Positions 39,603-52,326 of a stretch of 61,240 nucleotides of DNA are shown here, piece after piece; the stretch's first letter is position 1, and every line of letters begins with the position of its first letter. Source of the stretch: Chloroflexota bacterium (GTDB taxonomy: Bacteria > Chloroflexota > Limnocylindria > Limnocylindrales > CSP1-4). The position numbers and the translations under genes are program-made. The DNA lies in assembly GCA_017881915.1 (NCBI GenBank), contig JADGQK010000006.1, positions 1 through 61,240 on the forward strand, written 5' to 3'. A model generated the notes under the pieces. It was not told the DNA's origin. It did no database searches and worked only from the letters and a program-made list of their open reading frames with translations.

Positions 39603-41827
39603 TCACTCGGCCTCGAGGACGAACAGCTGGGCCCAGTAGTCGCCGTGCGTGGCGACTTCGTGGCGATCGACGTCGAGGAACAGGCCGATCTCGGTCAACT
39701 CGTCACCACCCCGGACGAGCGCGTTGTCGCGCTCGATCGTGTCGGCCCGGGCCGGCCAGGTCGTCACCCGGTAGCGGAGGGCCGCGTCAAGCTCCCGCAG
39801 GCGGAGCCGGTTCACGCCCGGATTCGGCCGGGTGAGGGTCCGGTAGAAGCCGACGATCGCCTGGCGACGATCGTCCGAGACGGTCATCCAGGCCGTCTCG
39901 TTGCCGTCGCCCTCGAACGGGCTGCGCAGCCGGACGAAGCGTCCCCGTTGGAGCAGCTCACGATGGTCCTTGTAGAAGGCGACCTGGTCCGCAACCTCGG
40001 CGCATTCGGCAGGCGACAGGCTCGTGGCGTCGAGCTCGTAGCCGAAGACCCCGAAGAAGGCGACCGCGGCACGCATCCCGATCGGGGTCAGCCGGCCCGT
40101 CTGGTGGTTGGGCACGGCCGAGACATGGGCGCCCATCGAGGACAAGGGGTAGATCAGCGAGGCGCCCCACTGGATCCGCAGCCGCTCGATCGCGTCGGTG
40201 TCGTCGCTCGTCCAGGCCTGTGGGGCATACGCCAGGAGGCCGGGGTCGAACCGACCGCCGCCGCCCGCACAGGATTCGAACAGAATCTCGGGAAAGGCGG
40301 TCGTGAGCCGGGCGTACAGGTCGTACACACCCAGGATGTAGCGGTGGAAGAACTCGCCCTGGCGATCCGCCGGCAACCCCAGGCTGCCCGGCTCGGTGAT
40401 GTTCCGGTTCATGTCCCATTTGATGTACGAGATCGGCGCACTCGCCAGCAGCTCGGACAGAACTGCGAAGAGGTGGTCGACGATCTCCGGCCGGGACAGG
40501 TCGAGGACGAACTGGTCGCGGCTCTCCGTCCGCGACCGGCCCGGAATCCCGATCGCCCAGTCGGGGTGGGCGGCGAACAGCTGGCTCCGCTGGCTGACCA
40601 TCTCGGGCTCGATCCACAGACCAAAGCGAAGACCCAGGGCCTCGATCCGGCGGGCAAGGCCGTCGATCCCGTTGGGCAGCTTGCGCCGATCCACGAACCA
40701 GTCGCCGAGCGAGCTCGTGTCGTCGTCGCGGGCGCCGAACCAGCCGTCGTCGAGTACGAACAGCTCGATCCCCAGGTCGCGGGCGACCGTCGCGATGTCG
40801 ACCAGCTTCGTCTCGTCGAAGGCGAAGTAGGTTCCTTCCCAGTTGTTGATCAGGACCGGCCGGGCACGGTCGCGCCAGGTGCCCCGGGCCAGGCGCTCGC
40901 GGTACAGCCGGTGGTAGGCAAGGCTCAGGCCATCCAGGCCCGCCTCCGAGAAGGCGAGGACCGCCTCCGGTGTGGCGAAGTCGGCGCCCGGCTCCAGGAT
41001 CCAGGCAAAGCCCTCGGGGTTGATCCCCAGGCGGACCCGGGTCGTGCCGAATGGACCGACCTCGGCCTCGGCCAGGAAGTTGCCCGAGTAGACGAGACTG
41101 AACCCGTAGGCCTCGCCGGCGGTCTCGGTCGTCGAGGCGCGCCGCAGGATCAGCGACGGATCGTGCTCGTGCCCCGATGCTCCCCGAAGGCTGGCGGTGG
41201 ACTGGCGGCCAGGAGCCAGCCGGCGGTTGGTGATGTGCCGCTCGCGCGCCCACGCACCGCTCAACTGGACGAGCGTCCAGTCGTCATCGGGCAGGTCGAG
41301 CGAGGTGCTCATCGCGGTCGTGATCCGCAGGCGCGACGTACCGCCATTGCGGATCCGGACTCGACGGGAGACGATCGGGTGGTCGCGGAAGATCGTGTAC
41401 GAGAGGGTGACCCGGGCCTTGCTCGGGCCGTCGGCCAGCTCGATCTCGAGGCTCGTCGCCTCGTCGTCGGCCTCGACGTAGGTGGATGGCAAGCCCGGAA
41501 TCCCCGCTTTGCCCGGGAAGATCCGGTGGCTGACGTAATCGAGCCGGAGCATGCTCGAGCCGTCGGCCTGCTCGATCGTCAGGGCCGGCATCCGGTAGTC
41601 GCCGCCGCCGGCGGTCGGGTATTCAAGCGCGATCGGGTCGTCGAGCCGATTCGAGAAGCCCGCGAATCCGGCCCGTCCAAGGTGTCGATACGAACGTCCG
41701 CGGGCAAGTGGAGCGCCGAAGTGGAGTTGCCCGATCGAGCCGTTCTCGAGGACCCGAACGACGTAACTGACCTGCTTGTTGTGGAGGTGGAGCTGACCCG
41801 AGGACGCATTCCATTCGATGCCCATCA

Positions 41828-41828
<1 letters not shown>
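39603..41828 (-). CDS. Alpha-galactosidase (GH36)
   Basis: NNWE, LDDGWF, YIKWDMNR, SDDTD. Confidence 0.95.
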
Positions 41829-45197
<3,369 letters not shown>

Positions 45198-45299
45198 TCC
45201 AGCGCGTCCGCCCGCCCGCCGAACTCGGGACGAATGTCGCTACCAGACGCGCTAGCCTGCGGCCGCGATCTCGAGCCTCCGACCGGTTACCCTCGCTGC

Positions 45300-46184
45300 G
45301 TGGAAGCCGACGATCCCGATGTGCGACCAGCGACCCCCGCCGAGGCGACGGACGTGCGCGCGATGCACGCCGCGACGGGCGTCGCCTGGGATGAGGCGGC
45401 GGAGCGCTACGAAGGCTGGCTCGACGAGGCGATCGAGCTGATCCGTGGCGGCGGGAGCAACCTCTTCCCAGAGGAGGTCGAGCTGCTCGGCGACCTCCAC
45501 GGGCAGTGCCGGCGCGCGATCCACCTCCAATGCGCCGGCGGCCGGGACACGCTGTCGCTCTGGCGACTCGGTGCCGACGAGGTGGTTGGCGTGGACCTGA
45601 GCCCACGGATGATCGACCTCGCCCGGCGTCTCACGGCGGCAACCGGCGCCCCGGCCAGTTGGTTCGTGTCAGACGTGCTCGACACGCCGCACGAGCTGGA
45701 CGGCACCGCGAACCTCGTGTACACCGGCCGCGGCTCATTGCTCTGGCTCCAGGATCTGGATGCGTGGGCAGCAGTCGTGGCGCGGCTGCTCGTGCCGGGC
45801 GGCCGGCTCGTCCTGTTCGAAGGTCATCCGTTCGAGTGGCTCGTCGATGGCGACGAAGACGGTCGCTGGGCCCTGACCGACTACGACTACTTCGCCCGCC
45901 CCGAGGCCTCGCGCGGCTGGTCACCCGGATTCATCGACCACCTCTCGATCCCCGATGGCCAGCAGCACTGGAAGTTCTCACGCGCCTGGACCCTCGGCGA
46001 GGTCGTCACGGCCGTCGCGGGAGCCGGCCTCCGGATCGAGCGCCTCGTCGAATCGCCTCGTGACTGGTGGAGCGGCCACAGCGACATTGCCCCCGGAGAG
46101 CGGGGGCGCCTGCCCCTTTCGTTCGGACTGATCGCAACAATTACATCGAGGCCCGCTTCTCCCACAGGTCGTGGGCAAGCATGA
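45300..46184 (+). CDS. Class I SAM-dependent methyltransferase
   Basis: HLQCAGGRD, GVDLS, LVPGGRL motifs. Confidence 0.88.
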   Translation: MEADDPDVRPATPAEATDVRAMHAATGVAWDEAAERYEGWLDEAIELIRGGGSNLFPEEVELLGDLHGQCRRAIHLQCAGGRDTLSLWRLGADEVVGVDLSPRMIDLARRLTAATGAPASWFVSDVLDTPHELDGTANLVYTGRGSLLWLQDLDAWAAVVARLLVPGGRLVLFEGHPFEWLVDGDEDGRWALTDYDYFARPEASRGWSPGFIDHLSIPDGQQHWKFSRAWTLGEVVTAVAGAGLRIERLVESPRDWWSGHSDIAPGERGRLPLSFGLIATITSRPASPTGRGQA

Positions 46185-46265
46185 GCACCACGGGGCTACG
46201 TCCGTCGCGGGCCCAGATGCGTGCCCGAGCTCCGACCACTGGACGTCGTCAATGCCGTGCGTCAG
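46170..46265 (-). pseudogene. Remnant of an actinobacterial-type HEAT-repeat protein N-terminus
   Basis: GIDDVQWSELGHASGPATDV resembles the LDxVDWxxLxHAYGxAxDVP motif; then frameshifts and ends. Confidence 0.5.
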
Positions 46266-46338
46266 TTCGCTAGGCTCAGCCCGCCAGACGCCGGGCTCGA
46301 TCGGGGTTCGGGGGCCGAGAGCCGACCTAGCCTCGACA

Positions 46339-46538
46339 GATTCCGCGTGCATGGTCGCTCTGAGCACAGGGGCCTAGCTCTGGGTGCAGTTCGCACCCGA
46401 CGGCGCGGGTCGCTCGGGCAAGAATCCGCCACGCCACGCCCAGACGGTCAACGACTCCCCTCTGCCGAGCCCCTTCGCGCCGCAATTTGAGGCGCTCAGG
46501 CTTGGCGTTGTGCTCACAGCGACCATGCACCAAGAATC
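46339..46538. repeat. Long-palindromic element B
   Basis: GTGCATGGTCGCTCTGAGCACA (46347-46368) / TGTGCTCACAGCGACCATGCAC (46509-46530), 21/22 complementary, extended by GATTC/GAATC. Confidence 0.7.
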
Positions 46539-46617
46539 GGCCGGGCCAAGGAGCGTGGGTCGATCCAGAGGCCCCGGCCCAAGCGACGTGGGACGAGCCG
46601 CGCCGCGCCGCCGAACG

Positions 46618-47898
46618 TCAGGTGCCGTGCTCCCAGGACGCCATGTAGGCCACCTGCTCGGGCGTCATGGGGTCGAGGGTGATCCCGAGCGCCGCAAGCT
46701 TGAGCCGGGCGACCTCGGCGTCGATCTCCTCGGGCACGACGTAGACACCCGGCTTGAGCTCGGCATGGTGTTTCGCCGCGTACTCGGCCGACAGGGCCTG
46801 ATTGGCAAAGCTCATGTCCATGACCGCCGCCGGGTGACCCTCGGCCGCGCCCAGGTTGACCAGCCGGCCCTCGGCGATCAGGTTGACCCGCTTGCCGCCC
46901 AGGTCGAACTCCTGGACGTTGTGGCGGACTTCGCGGACGTGGCCCTCGGCCATTTCACGCAACGCGTCCAGGTCCAGCTCAGCATCGAAATGGCCCGAGT
47001 TGGCCATGATCGCGCCCTCGCGCATCGCCGCGAAGTGCTCGCGCCGGAAGACGTTGACGTTGCCGGTGGCAGTGATGAACAGCTGGCCCCAGGGCGCAGC
47101 CTGCGCCACGGTCATCACCTGGAAGCCGTCCATCAGTGCCTCGAGCGCCCGGATCGGATCGACCTCGATCACCGCGACGTGGGCGCCGTGGCCGGACATC
47201 CGGGCCGCGATTCCCTTGCCCACCCAGCCGTAGCCGGCAACGACGACCTGCCGCCCGGCGATCAGGATGTTCGTCGCCCGGAGGATCCCGTCGAGCGTGG
47301 ACTGGCCCGTGCCATAGCGGTTGTCGAAGAGGTGCTTCGTCTGGGCCTCGTTGACGGCCACGACCGGGAACAGCAGCTTGTTCTTGGCGGCCATCGCCTT
47401 GAGCCGGATCACCCCGGTCGTCGTCTCTTCGGTCCCGGCCTTGACCTCGGCGAGCTGAGCGGGCCGATGCTCATGGAGAAGGTTGACCAGGTCGCAGCCG
47501 TCGTCCATCGTGAGCTCGGGATGGGTGTCGGCAACCGCGTTGAGGTGGCCGTAATACGTGGCGTCGTCCTCGCCGTGGCGCGCGTAGCAGCTGATCCCGT
47601 AGGCGGCGACGAGGGCCGCGGCGACGTCGTCCTGGGTCGAGAGCGGGTTCGAGGCTGCCAGGGTGACCTGCGCACCGCCGGCCTTGAGCGCCCGCATGAG
47701 ATTCGCCGTCTCGGTCGTGACGTGGAGGCAGGCGCCGATGCGCAGGCCCTCGAGTGGACGCTCACGCTCGAAGCGTTCGCTGATCAGGCGCAGGACGGGC
47801 ATCTCGCGGGCCGCCCACTCGATCCGGCGGACGCCCTCATCGGCCAGGCCGAGGTCGGCGACATCGTGATCCGGCAGGTCAGTGGTGGGGGTGGTCAT
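46618..47898 (-). CDS. ahcY: Adenosylhomocysteinase
   Basis: [35 protein letters not shown]. Confidence 0.97.
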   Translation of the reverse strand: MTTPTTDLPDHDVADLGLADEGVRRIEWAAREMPVLRLISERFERERPLEGLRIGACLHVTTETANLMRALKAGGAQVTLAASNPLSTQDDVAAALVAAYGISCYARHGEDDATYYGHLNAVADTHPELTMDDGCDLVNLLHEHRPAQLAEVKAGTEETTTGVIRLKAMAAKNKLLFPVVAVNEAQTKHLFDNRYGTGQSTLDGILRATNILIAGRQVVVAGYGWVGKGIAARMSGHGAHVAVIEVDPIRALEALMDGFQVMTVAQAAPWGQLFITATGNVNVFRREHFAAMREGAIMANSGHFDAELDLDALREMAEGHVREVRHNVQEFDLGGKRVNLIAEGRLVNLGAAEGHPAAVMDMSFANQALSAEYAAKHHAELKPGVYVVPEEIDAEVARLKLAALGITLDPMTPEQVAYMASWEHGT

Positions 47899-48766
47899 CA
47901 GGGTCGGTCTCCTTGCGGGCTGAGAGGAAACGCCGGAGCGGGCCGGGCAGGCCGGGCCATGGCGCCCCGACCCGGTGGACGAGTCGCTCCTCGAACCGGA
48001 CGTGCTCCTGGTAGCCGAGCCGGCGATAGGCCTGCAACGCGGGCGGGTTGTCGGCCCGGACGTTGAGCACGACCTGGTCGCAGAAGCGGAGCAGCTCGGC
48101 GGTGACCGCCCCGGTGGTTGCCGTAGCGTAACCCCGGCCGCGGTACTCCACCTGGGTCAGGACGTTGCCCACGACGGCCAACCTGGCCGTCGGGCTGACG
48201 ACGTGGGTCCCGGCAGCGGCCACCAGACGACCGTTGACCCGGACGCCGAAGTAGACGCCGTCGGCGATCGAGCTCGAGCCGAGCCACGATGCAAACCCAA
48301 GCTGGTACAGCCGGTTCAGCTCGCCGACCTCGATCGGCAGCAGCCGGCGGGTATCCGCGGGGTAGGGCCGGAACGTGGAGCGATCGACCCACATCCGGAC
48401 CATCTGCGGCCCGGGATCCAGGCGATAGCTCGTCCCGACGGCCGGCAAGGCTGCCGGGAGGGCCGCTACGTAGGCGGCGCGCGGCTTGACCAGGTCGCGC
48501 AGGGCAGCCTCGATTCCGTCGTTCCGGCCCATCACGAAGAGCGGCTGTGGCGACAGGCCGGCGTACTCGAGGGCAACCGCCACCAGGTCTGTCCCGACGA
48601 AGGCGCCACCCCAGCGGGTCCGGCTGAACTCGCGATCGTCGAGATCGCAGATGGCATAGGCCGCGAAGAGGCGGTCCTGCTCGAGGAACTGGCGCAGGAG
48701 CACCCGGTCGGTCGTGGTCCGGGTAACGAGCCCGGCCTCGCGCCGCGACACGACGATGCTGGCCAT
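47879..48766 (-). CDS. GNAT family N-acetyltransferase
   Basis: [26 protein letters not shown]. Confidence 0.85.
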   Translation of the reverse strand: MASIVVSRREAGLVTRTTTDRVLLRQFLEQDRLFAAYAICDLDDREFSRTRWGGAFVGTDLVAVALEYAGLSPQPLFVMGRNDGIEAALRDLVKPRAAYVAALPAALPAVGTSYRLDPGPQMVRMWVDRSTFRPYPADTRRLLPIEVGELNRLYQLGFASWLGSSSIADGVYFGVRVNGRLVAAAGTHVVSPTARLAVVGNVLTQVEYRGRGYATATTGAVTAELLRFCDQVVLNVRADNPPALQAYRRLGYQEHVRFEERLVHRVGAPWPGLPGPLRRFLSARKETDPDDHPHH

Positions 48767-50301
48767 CAGCCGGCGACCTCCGCCGCGGCAGGTGGGCCGA
48801 CCGCATCCCCGGGCAATGGGCCGGGCGCGTCCGCGGCGGGTGCGCCGTCGCGGTCCGCGTACTGGGCGAGGTGGGCGGCCGCCTCGTGCTCGGACTTCGC
48901 GGCGACCGCCGTCGCCAGGGCAGGTCCGAAGGGCGCCCGAAGCACCCCCTCCTCGGTCACGATCGCGCTGATCAGCTCCGCCGGCGTCATGTCGAAGGCG
49001 GGGTTCCAGGCCTTGCCGAAGCGCGGCGCGATCCGGGTCTGACCAACGTGGAAGAGCTCGTCTTCGGAGCGCAGCTCGATCGGGATCGCGGAGCCGTCGG
49101 CCGTCGCCACGTCGACCGAGCTGAGCGGCGCGCAGACGTAGAAAGGCACGCCATGGCGAGCGGCCAGGACCGCCAACGGATAGGTCCCGATCTTGTTCGC
49201 GGTATCGCCGTTGGCGGCGATCCGGTCGGCGCCCACGAGGACGGCATCCACCCGGCCGGAAGCGAGCAGCGAGCCGGCCGCGCCATCGGCGATCAGGGTG
49301 TAGGGCACGCCGGCCTGGACCAGCTCCCAGGCCGTGAGCCGGGCGCCCTGGAGATACGGCCGAGTCTCGTCGACGAAGATCTCCAGCCGGCGGTTGGCCG
49401 ACCAGGCCGCCTGAACGACGCCCAGGGCGGTCCCGAACTGGCCACAGGCGAGCGGCCCCGTGTTGCAGTGGGTCAGCAGCCGGAGCTCCCGGTCGGGCGT
49501 CGCCGGCAGGATCGCCAGGCCGTACTCGGCCAGCGCGGCGTGATCCCGGGTTGCCTCGGCGCAGATCGCGTCGGCCTCGGCCCGAAGGACGTTGGCGACG
49601 ACCTCGCCGTCATCGCCCAGGTCCCCCAGCCGCTCGACCCGGGCGAGCATTCGATCGACCGCCCAGGCGATGTTGACGGCGGTCGGCCGGCTCTGGCGGA
49701 GAGCCGTTGCCGCGCCCCGGAGCAGGGCCCGTCGCTCCGATGGGGGCTGGCTGCGCGACTGCTCGGCCGTCAGGGCCAGGCCGTAGGCAGCCGCCTGGCC
49801 CAGTGCCGGCGCACCGCGAACCACCATCTCCCTGATCGCGACGGCGACCTGGCCGCCGTCGCTGCAGGGGTACTCGAGCAGCTGGCCAGGCAGCTTGCGC
49901 TGGTCGATGAACAGGATTCGATCCGCCTCCATCCGGAACGCCGTCCGGAACCCGCGCGACTCCCCGGGGGCCGGGTTGGCCAGGGCCGGTGCGGTCACGA
50001 CCGCGCCGTCAGCCAGGGCGGCTGTCGCCGTGATCATCGGATTGACCGGCGCGACGGGCTGGTTGAGGCCCAGCGCCGCTTCCGGGTTGAGCAGGACTCC
50101 CGCGGCATCCGAGGCCGCTCGTTGGAGCGCCCCGGCCGCGCCGGCGGCCGTCGCCGCCGTGTGGATCACCTCGACCGCAAACTGGCGGAAGAAACGGCGC
50201 CGGCCCAGGTCCACCTCGGCGCCTGGGTCCGGGGCGGCGGCAGAGGGACTGGCCGGGAGGCCTTCCCGGTCGGACGAATCGCCGTTGGTTGGGTCGCTCA
50301 C
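48766..50301 (-). CDS. mtnA: S-methyl-5-thioribose-1-phosphate isomerase with N-terminal extension
   Basis: VRGAP, RPTAVN, THCNTG, ETRPYLQGARLT, NKIGTY; GTG at 50301. Confidence 0.92.
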   Translation of the reverse strand: MSDPTNGDSSDREGLPASPSAAAPDPGAEVDLGRRRFFRQFAVEVIHTAATAAGAAGALQRAASDAAGVLLNPEAALGLNQPVAPVNPMITATAALADGAVVTAPALANPAPGESRGFRTAFRMEADRILFIDQRKLPGQLLEYPCSDGGQVAVAIREMVVRGAPALGQAAAYGLALTAEQSRSQPPSERRALLRGAATALRQSRPTAVNIAWAVDRMLARVERLGDLGDDGEVVANVLRAEADAICAEATRDHAALAEYGLAILPATPDRELRLLTHCNTGPLACGQFGTALGVVQAAWSANRRLEIFVDETRPYLQGARLTAWELVQAGVPYTLIADGAAGSLLASGRVDAVLVGADRIAANGDTANKIGTYPLAVLAARHGVPFYVCAPLSSVDVATADGSAIPIELRSEDELFHVGQTRIAPRFGKAWNPAFDMTPAELISAIVTEEGVLRAPFGPALATAVAAKSEHEAAAHLAQYADRDGAPAADAPGPLPGDAVGPPAAAEVAG

Positions 50302-50311
50302 CGTGTGCGGC

Positions 50312-50833
50312 TCAGTAGCGGACGACGCTCTCGACCCGGATGCCCTGGAGCCGCTCGCGTCCCTTGAGGAACTCGAGCTCGACGAGGAAGCCCAGGCCGA
50401 CCACCTCGCCCTGCAACCGCTCGACCAGGTCGATCGTGCCGCGGACCGTCCCGCCGGTGGCCAGGAGGTCGTCGACGATGAGGACCCGCTGGCCCGGTTG
50501 AATCGCGTCGCGGTGGATCTCGAGCGTGTTCGAGCCGTACTCCAGGGCGTATTCAACGGTGATCGTCTCGGCCGGCAGCTTGCCCAGCTTGCGCACGGGC
50601 ACGAGTCCGGCCTTGAGCAGGTAGGCCATCGGGGCGCTGAAGATGAAACCACGCGATTCCATGCCCACGACCAGGTCGACCTTGTCCCCGCGCCACGGCT
50701 CGAGCATCAGGTCGATCGACTCCAGGTAGGCAGCCGGGTCCTTCAGCAGCGTGGTGATGTCGTAGAACAGGATGCCTGGCTTCGGGAAATCGGGAATCTC
50801 GCGAATCCTGGCGCGGAGTTCCTCGGCGGACAT
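50312..50833 (-). CDS. apt: Adenine phosphoribosyltransferase
   Basis: PDFPKPGILFYD, RKLGKLP, VDDLLATGGT. Confidence 0.96.
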   Translation of the reverse strand: MSAEELRARIREIPDFPKPGILFYDITTLLKDPAAYLESIDLMLEPWRGDKVDLVVGMESRGFIFSAPMAYLLKAGLVPVRKLGKLPAETITVEYALEYGSNTLEIHRDAIQPGQRVLIVDDLLATGGTVRGTIDLVERLQGEVVGLGFLVELEFLKGRERLQGIRVESVVRY

Positions 50834-50898
50834 TCGGCTTGGGGCCTCCGGTGAGGTGGCTGGCTCAATCGCAGGAGTGCACCTGCGGAGGTTGCAGT

Positions 50899-52326
50899 CT
50901 ACCGCGCCTCCAGCGCCGCGCGAGCCCGGGTTAGCGGGCCGCCCAGCCGGCCTGACAGGCCGAAGCCGACGAGACCAACCAGCGCCCCGACCGCGAAGGC
51001 GGCGAGCAACCCGCCCCAGGCTGGTTCGCCGACCCGGGCGGCGATCGCGATCAGGGCGCCGGCCACCCCGGTCCCCAGGGCAGTGCCCAGGACATCGCTG
51101 AGCTGGAGTGCCGCAGTTGCCGCTCCCTGGCCATCGAGCGGGGCCTCGGCGAGGACGATCAGCGAGAGCGGCGCGTAGCTCAGGCCCATGCCCAGGCCGG
51201 CGATCGCCCAGGCGAGCATGGCCACCACCACGGGCACGCCGGGCGACAGGACCAGGGCCAGGATGGCGATGCCGAGCAATACCAACGCGAAGCCCCAGGC
51301 GACAAACCGGCGCACCCCAAGGCGATCGACGTGGCGGGCCTGGATCCAGGCGCCGACCGTCCAGGTCAGGGTCGCCACCGTCAGCGCGAGCCCGGCCGCG
51401 CTGGCGTCCATGCCACGCCAGCTGATCAGGGCCAGCGGCACGTAGGCGTCAACGCTGAAGAAGGCGAAGGTCAACAGTCCGCGAACGAGGATGGCGGCAG
51501 GCAGGCCGGGTTGGGCCACGAGCGTCCCGGCCGGGGTCAGCCGCTGGAATGCCGGGAGGCCGATCGCGATCCCCAGCCCGATCAGGGCGAGACCTGGGAA
51601 GAGGGTCGCACTCGTCAGGCCCACGACCAGCAGGCCGGCGCCACCGGTCAACAACAACGCCCAGGTCAGGCGCCCGCGGAAGAGCCCCGCGGCCGGACGG
51701 ATCCCCTCCGCCTCGGGCACGACCGGCTCAGACGCTACCCGGGCGATTGCCGGAATCGTCAGGAGCCCGGCGATCACGACGAGAGGCAGTAGCCCGAGGA
51801 AGACGAGCCGCCAGCTGGCGTGCTCGGCAATCAGGCCACTGATCGCCGGGCCGATGATCCCGGGCACGACCCAGGCCGTCGACAGGACGGCAAACATCCG
51901 GGGCCGAAGGGCCGGCGGCAGTGCCCGGGCGATCGCGACGTAGGCCACCGGCGCGATCCCGCCGGCCCCGAAGCCCTGCAGCAGTCGAGCGCCGACCAGG
52001 ACCGCCATCGACGGGGCGAGCCCGCCGATCAGCAGGCCGGCGGCAAACAGGCCGAGGCCGATCGTCAACGGGCGGACCAGGCCGCCCCGGTCGATCAGCC
52101 CGCCCAGGATGACGATCCCGACGAGGTCGCCCAGGAAGAACGAGCTGAAGACCCAGCCGTACAGCTCGATCCCGCCCAGCTCCCGGGCGACGATCGGCAT
52201 CGCCGTCGCGACCGCCAGCGATTCGAACGCCACGAGCGTGATCGTGAGGACGAGGCCGACCGAGATGGCCCGCCGTCCGGCCGAGAACAGGCCGCCTGCC
52301 TCGACCGGCCAGGCCGCCTCAGGCAT
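50899..52326 (-). CDS. MFS transporter
   Basis: Many TM helices; ARLLQGFG, GP motifs of drug:H+ antiporters. Confidence 0.88.
   Translation of the reverse strand: MPEAAWPVEAGGLFSAGRRAISVGLVLTITLVAFESLAVATAMPIVARELGGIELYGWVFSSFFLGDLVGIVILGGLIDRGGLVRPLTIGLGLFAAGLLIGGLAPSMAVLVGARLLQGFGAGGIAPVAYVAIARALPPALRPRMFAVLSTAWVVPGIIGPAISGLIAEHASWRLVFLGLLPLVVIAGLLTIPAIARVASEPVVPEAEGIRPAAGLFRGRLTWALLLTGGAGLLVVGLTSATLFPGLALIGLGIAIGLPAFQRLTPAGTLVAQPGLPAAILVRGLLTFAFFSVDAYVPLALISWRGMDASAAGLALTVATLTWTVGAWIQARHVDRLGVRRFVAWGFALVLLGIAILALVLSPGVPVVVAMLAWAIAGLGMGLSYAPLSLIVLAEAPLDGQGAATAALQLSDVLGTALGTGVAGALIAIAARVGEPAWGGLLAAFAVGALVGLVGFGLSGRLGGPLTRARAALEAR

Noticed and set aside
50834-50898. SAH or purine riboswitch before apt
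   Set aside because: Only a small CGCAGG/CCTGCG hairpin; no recognisable consensus.
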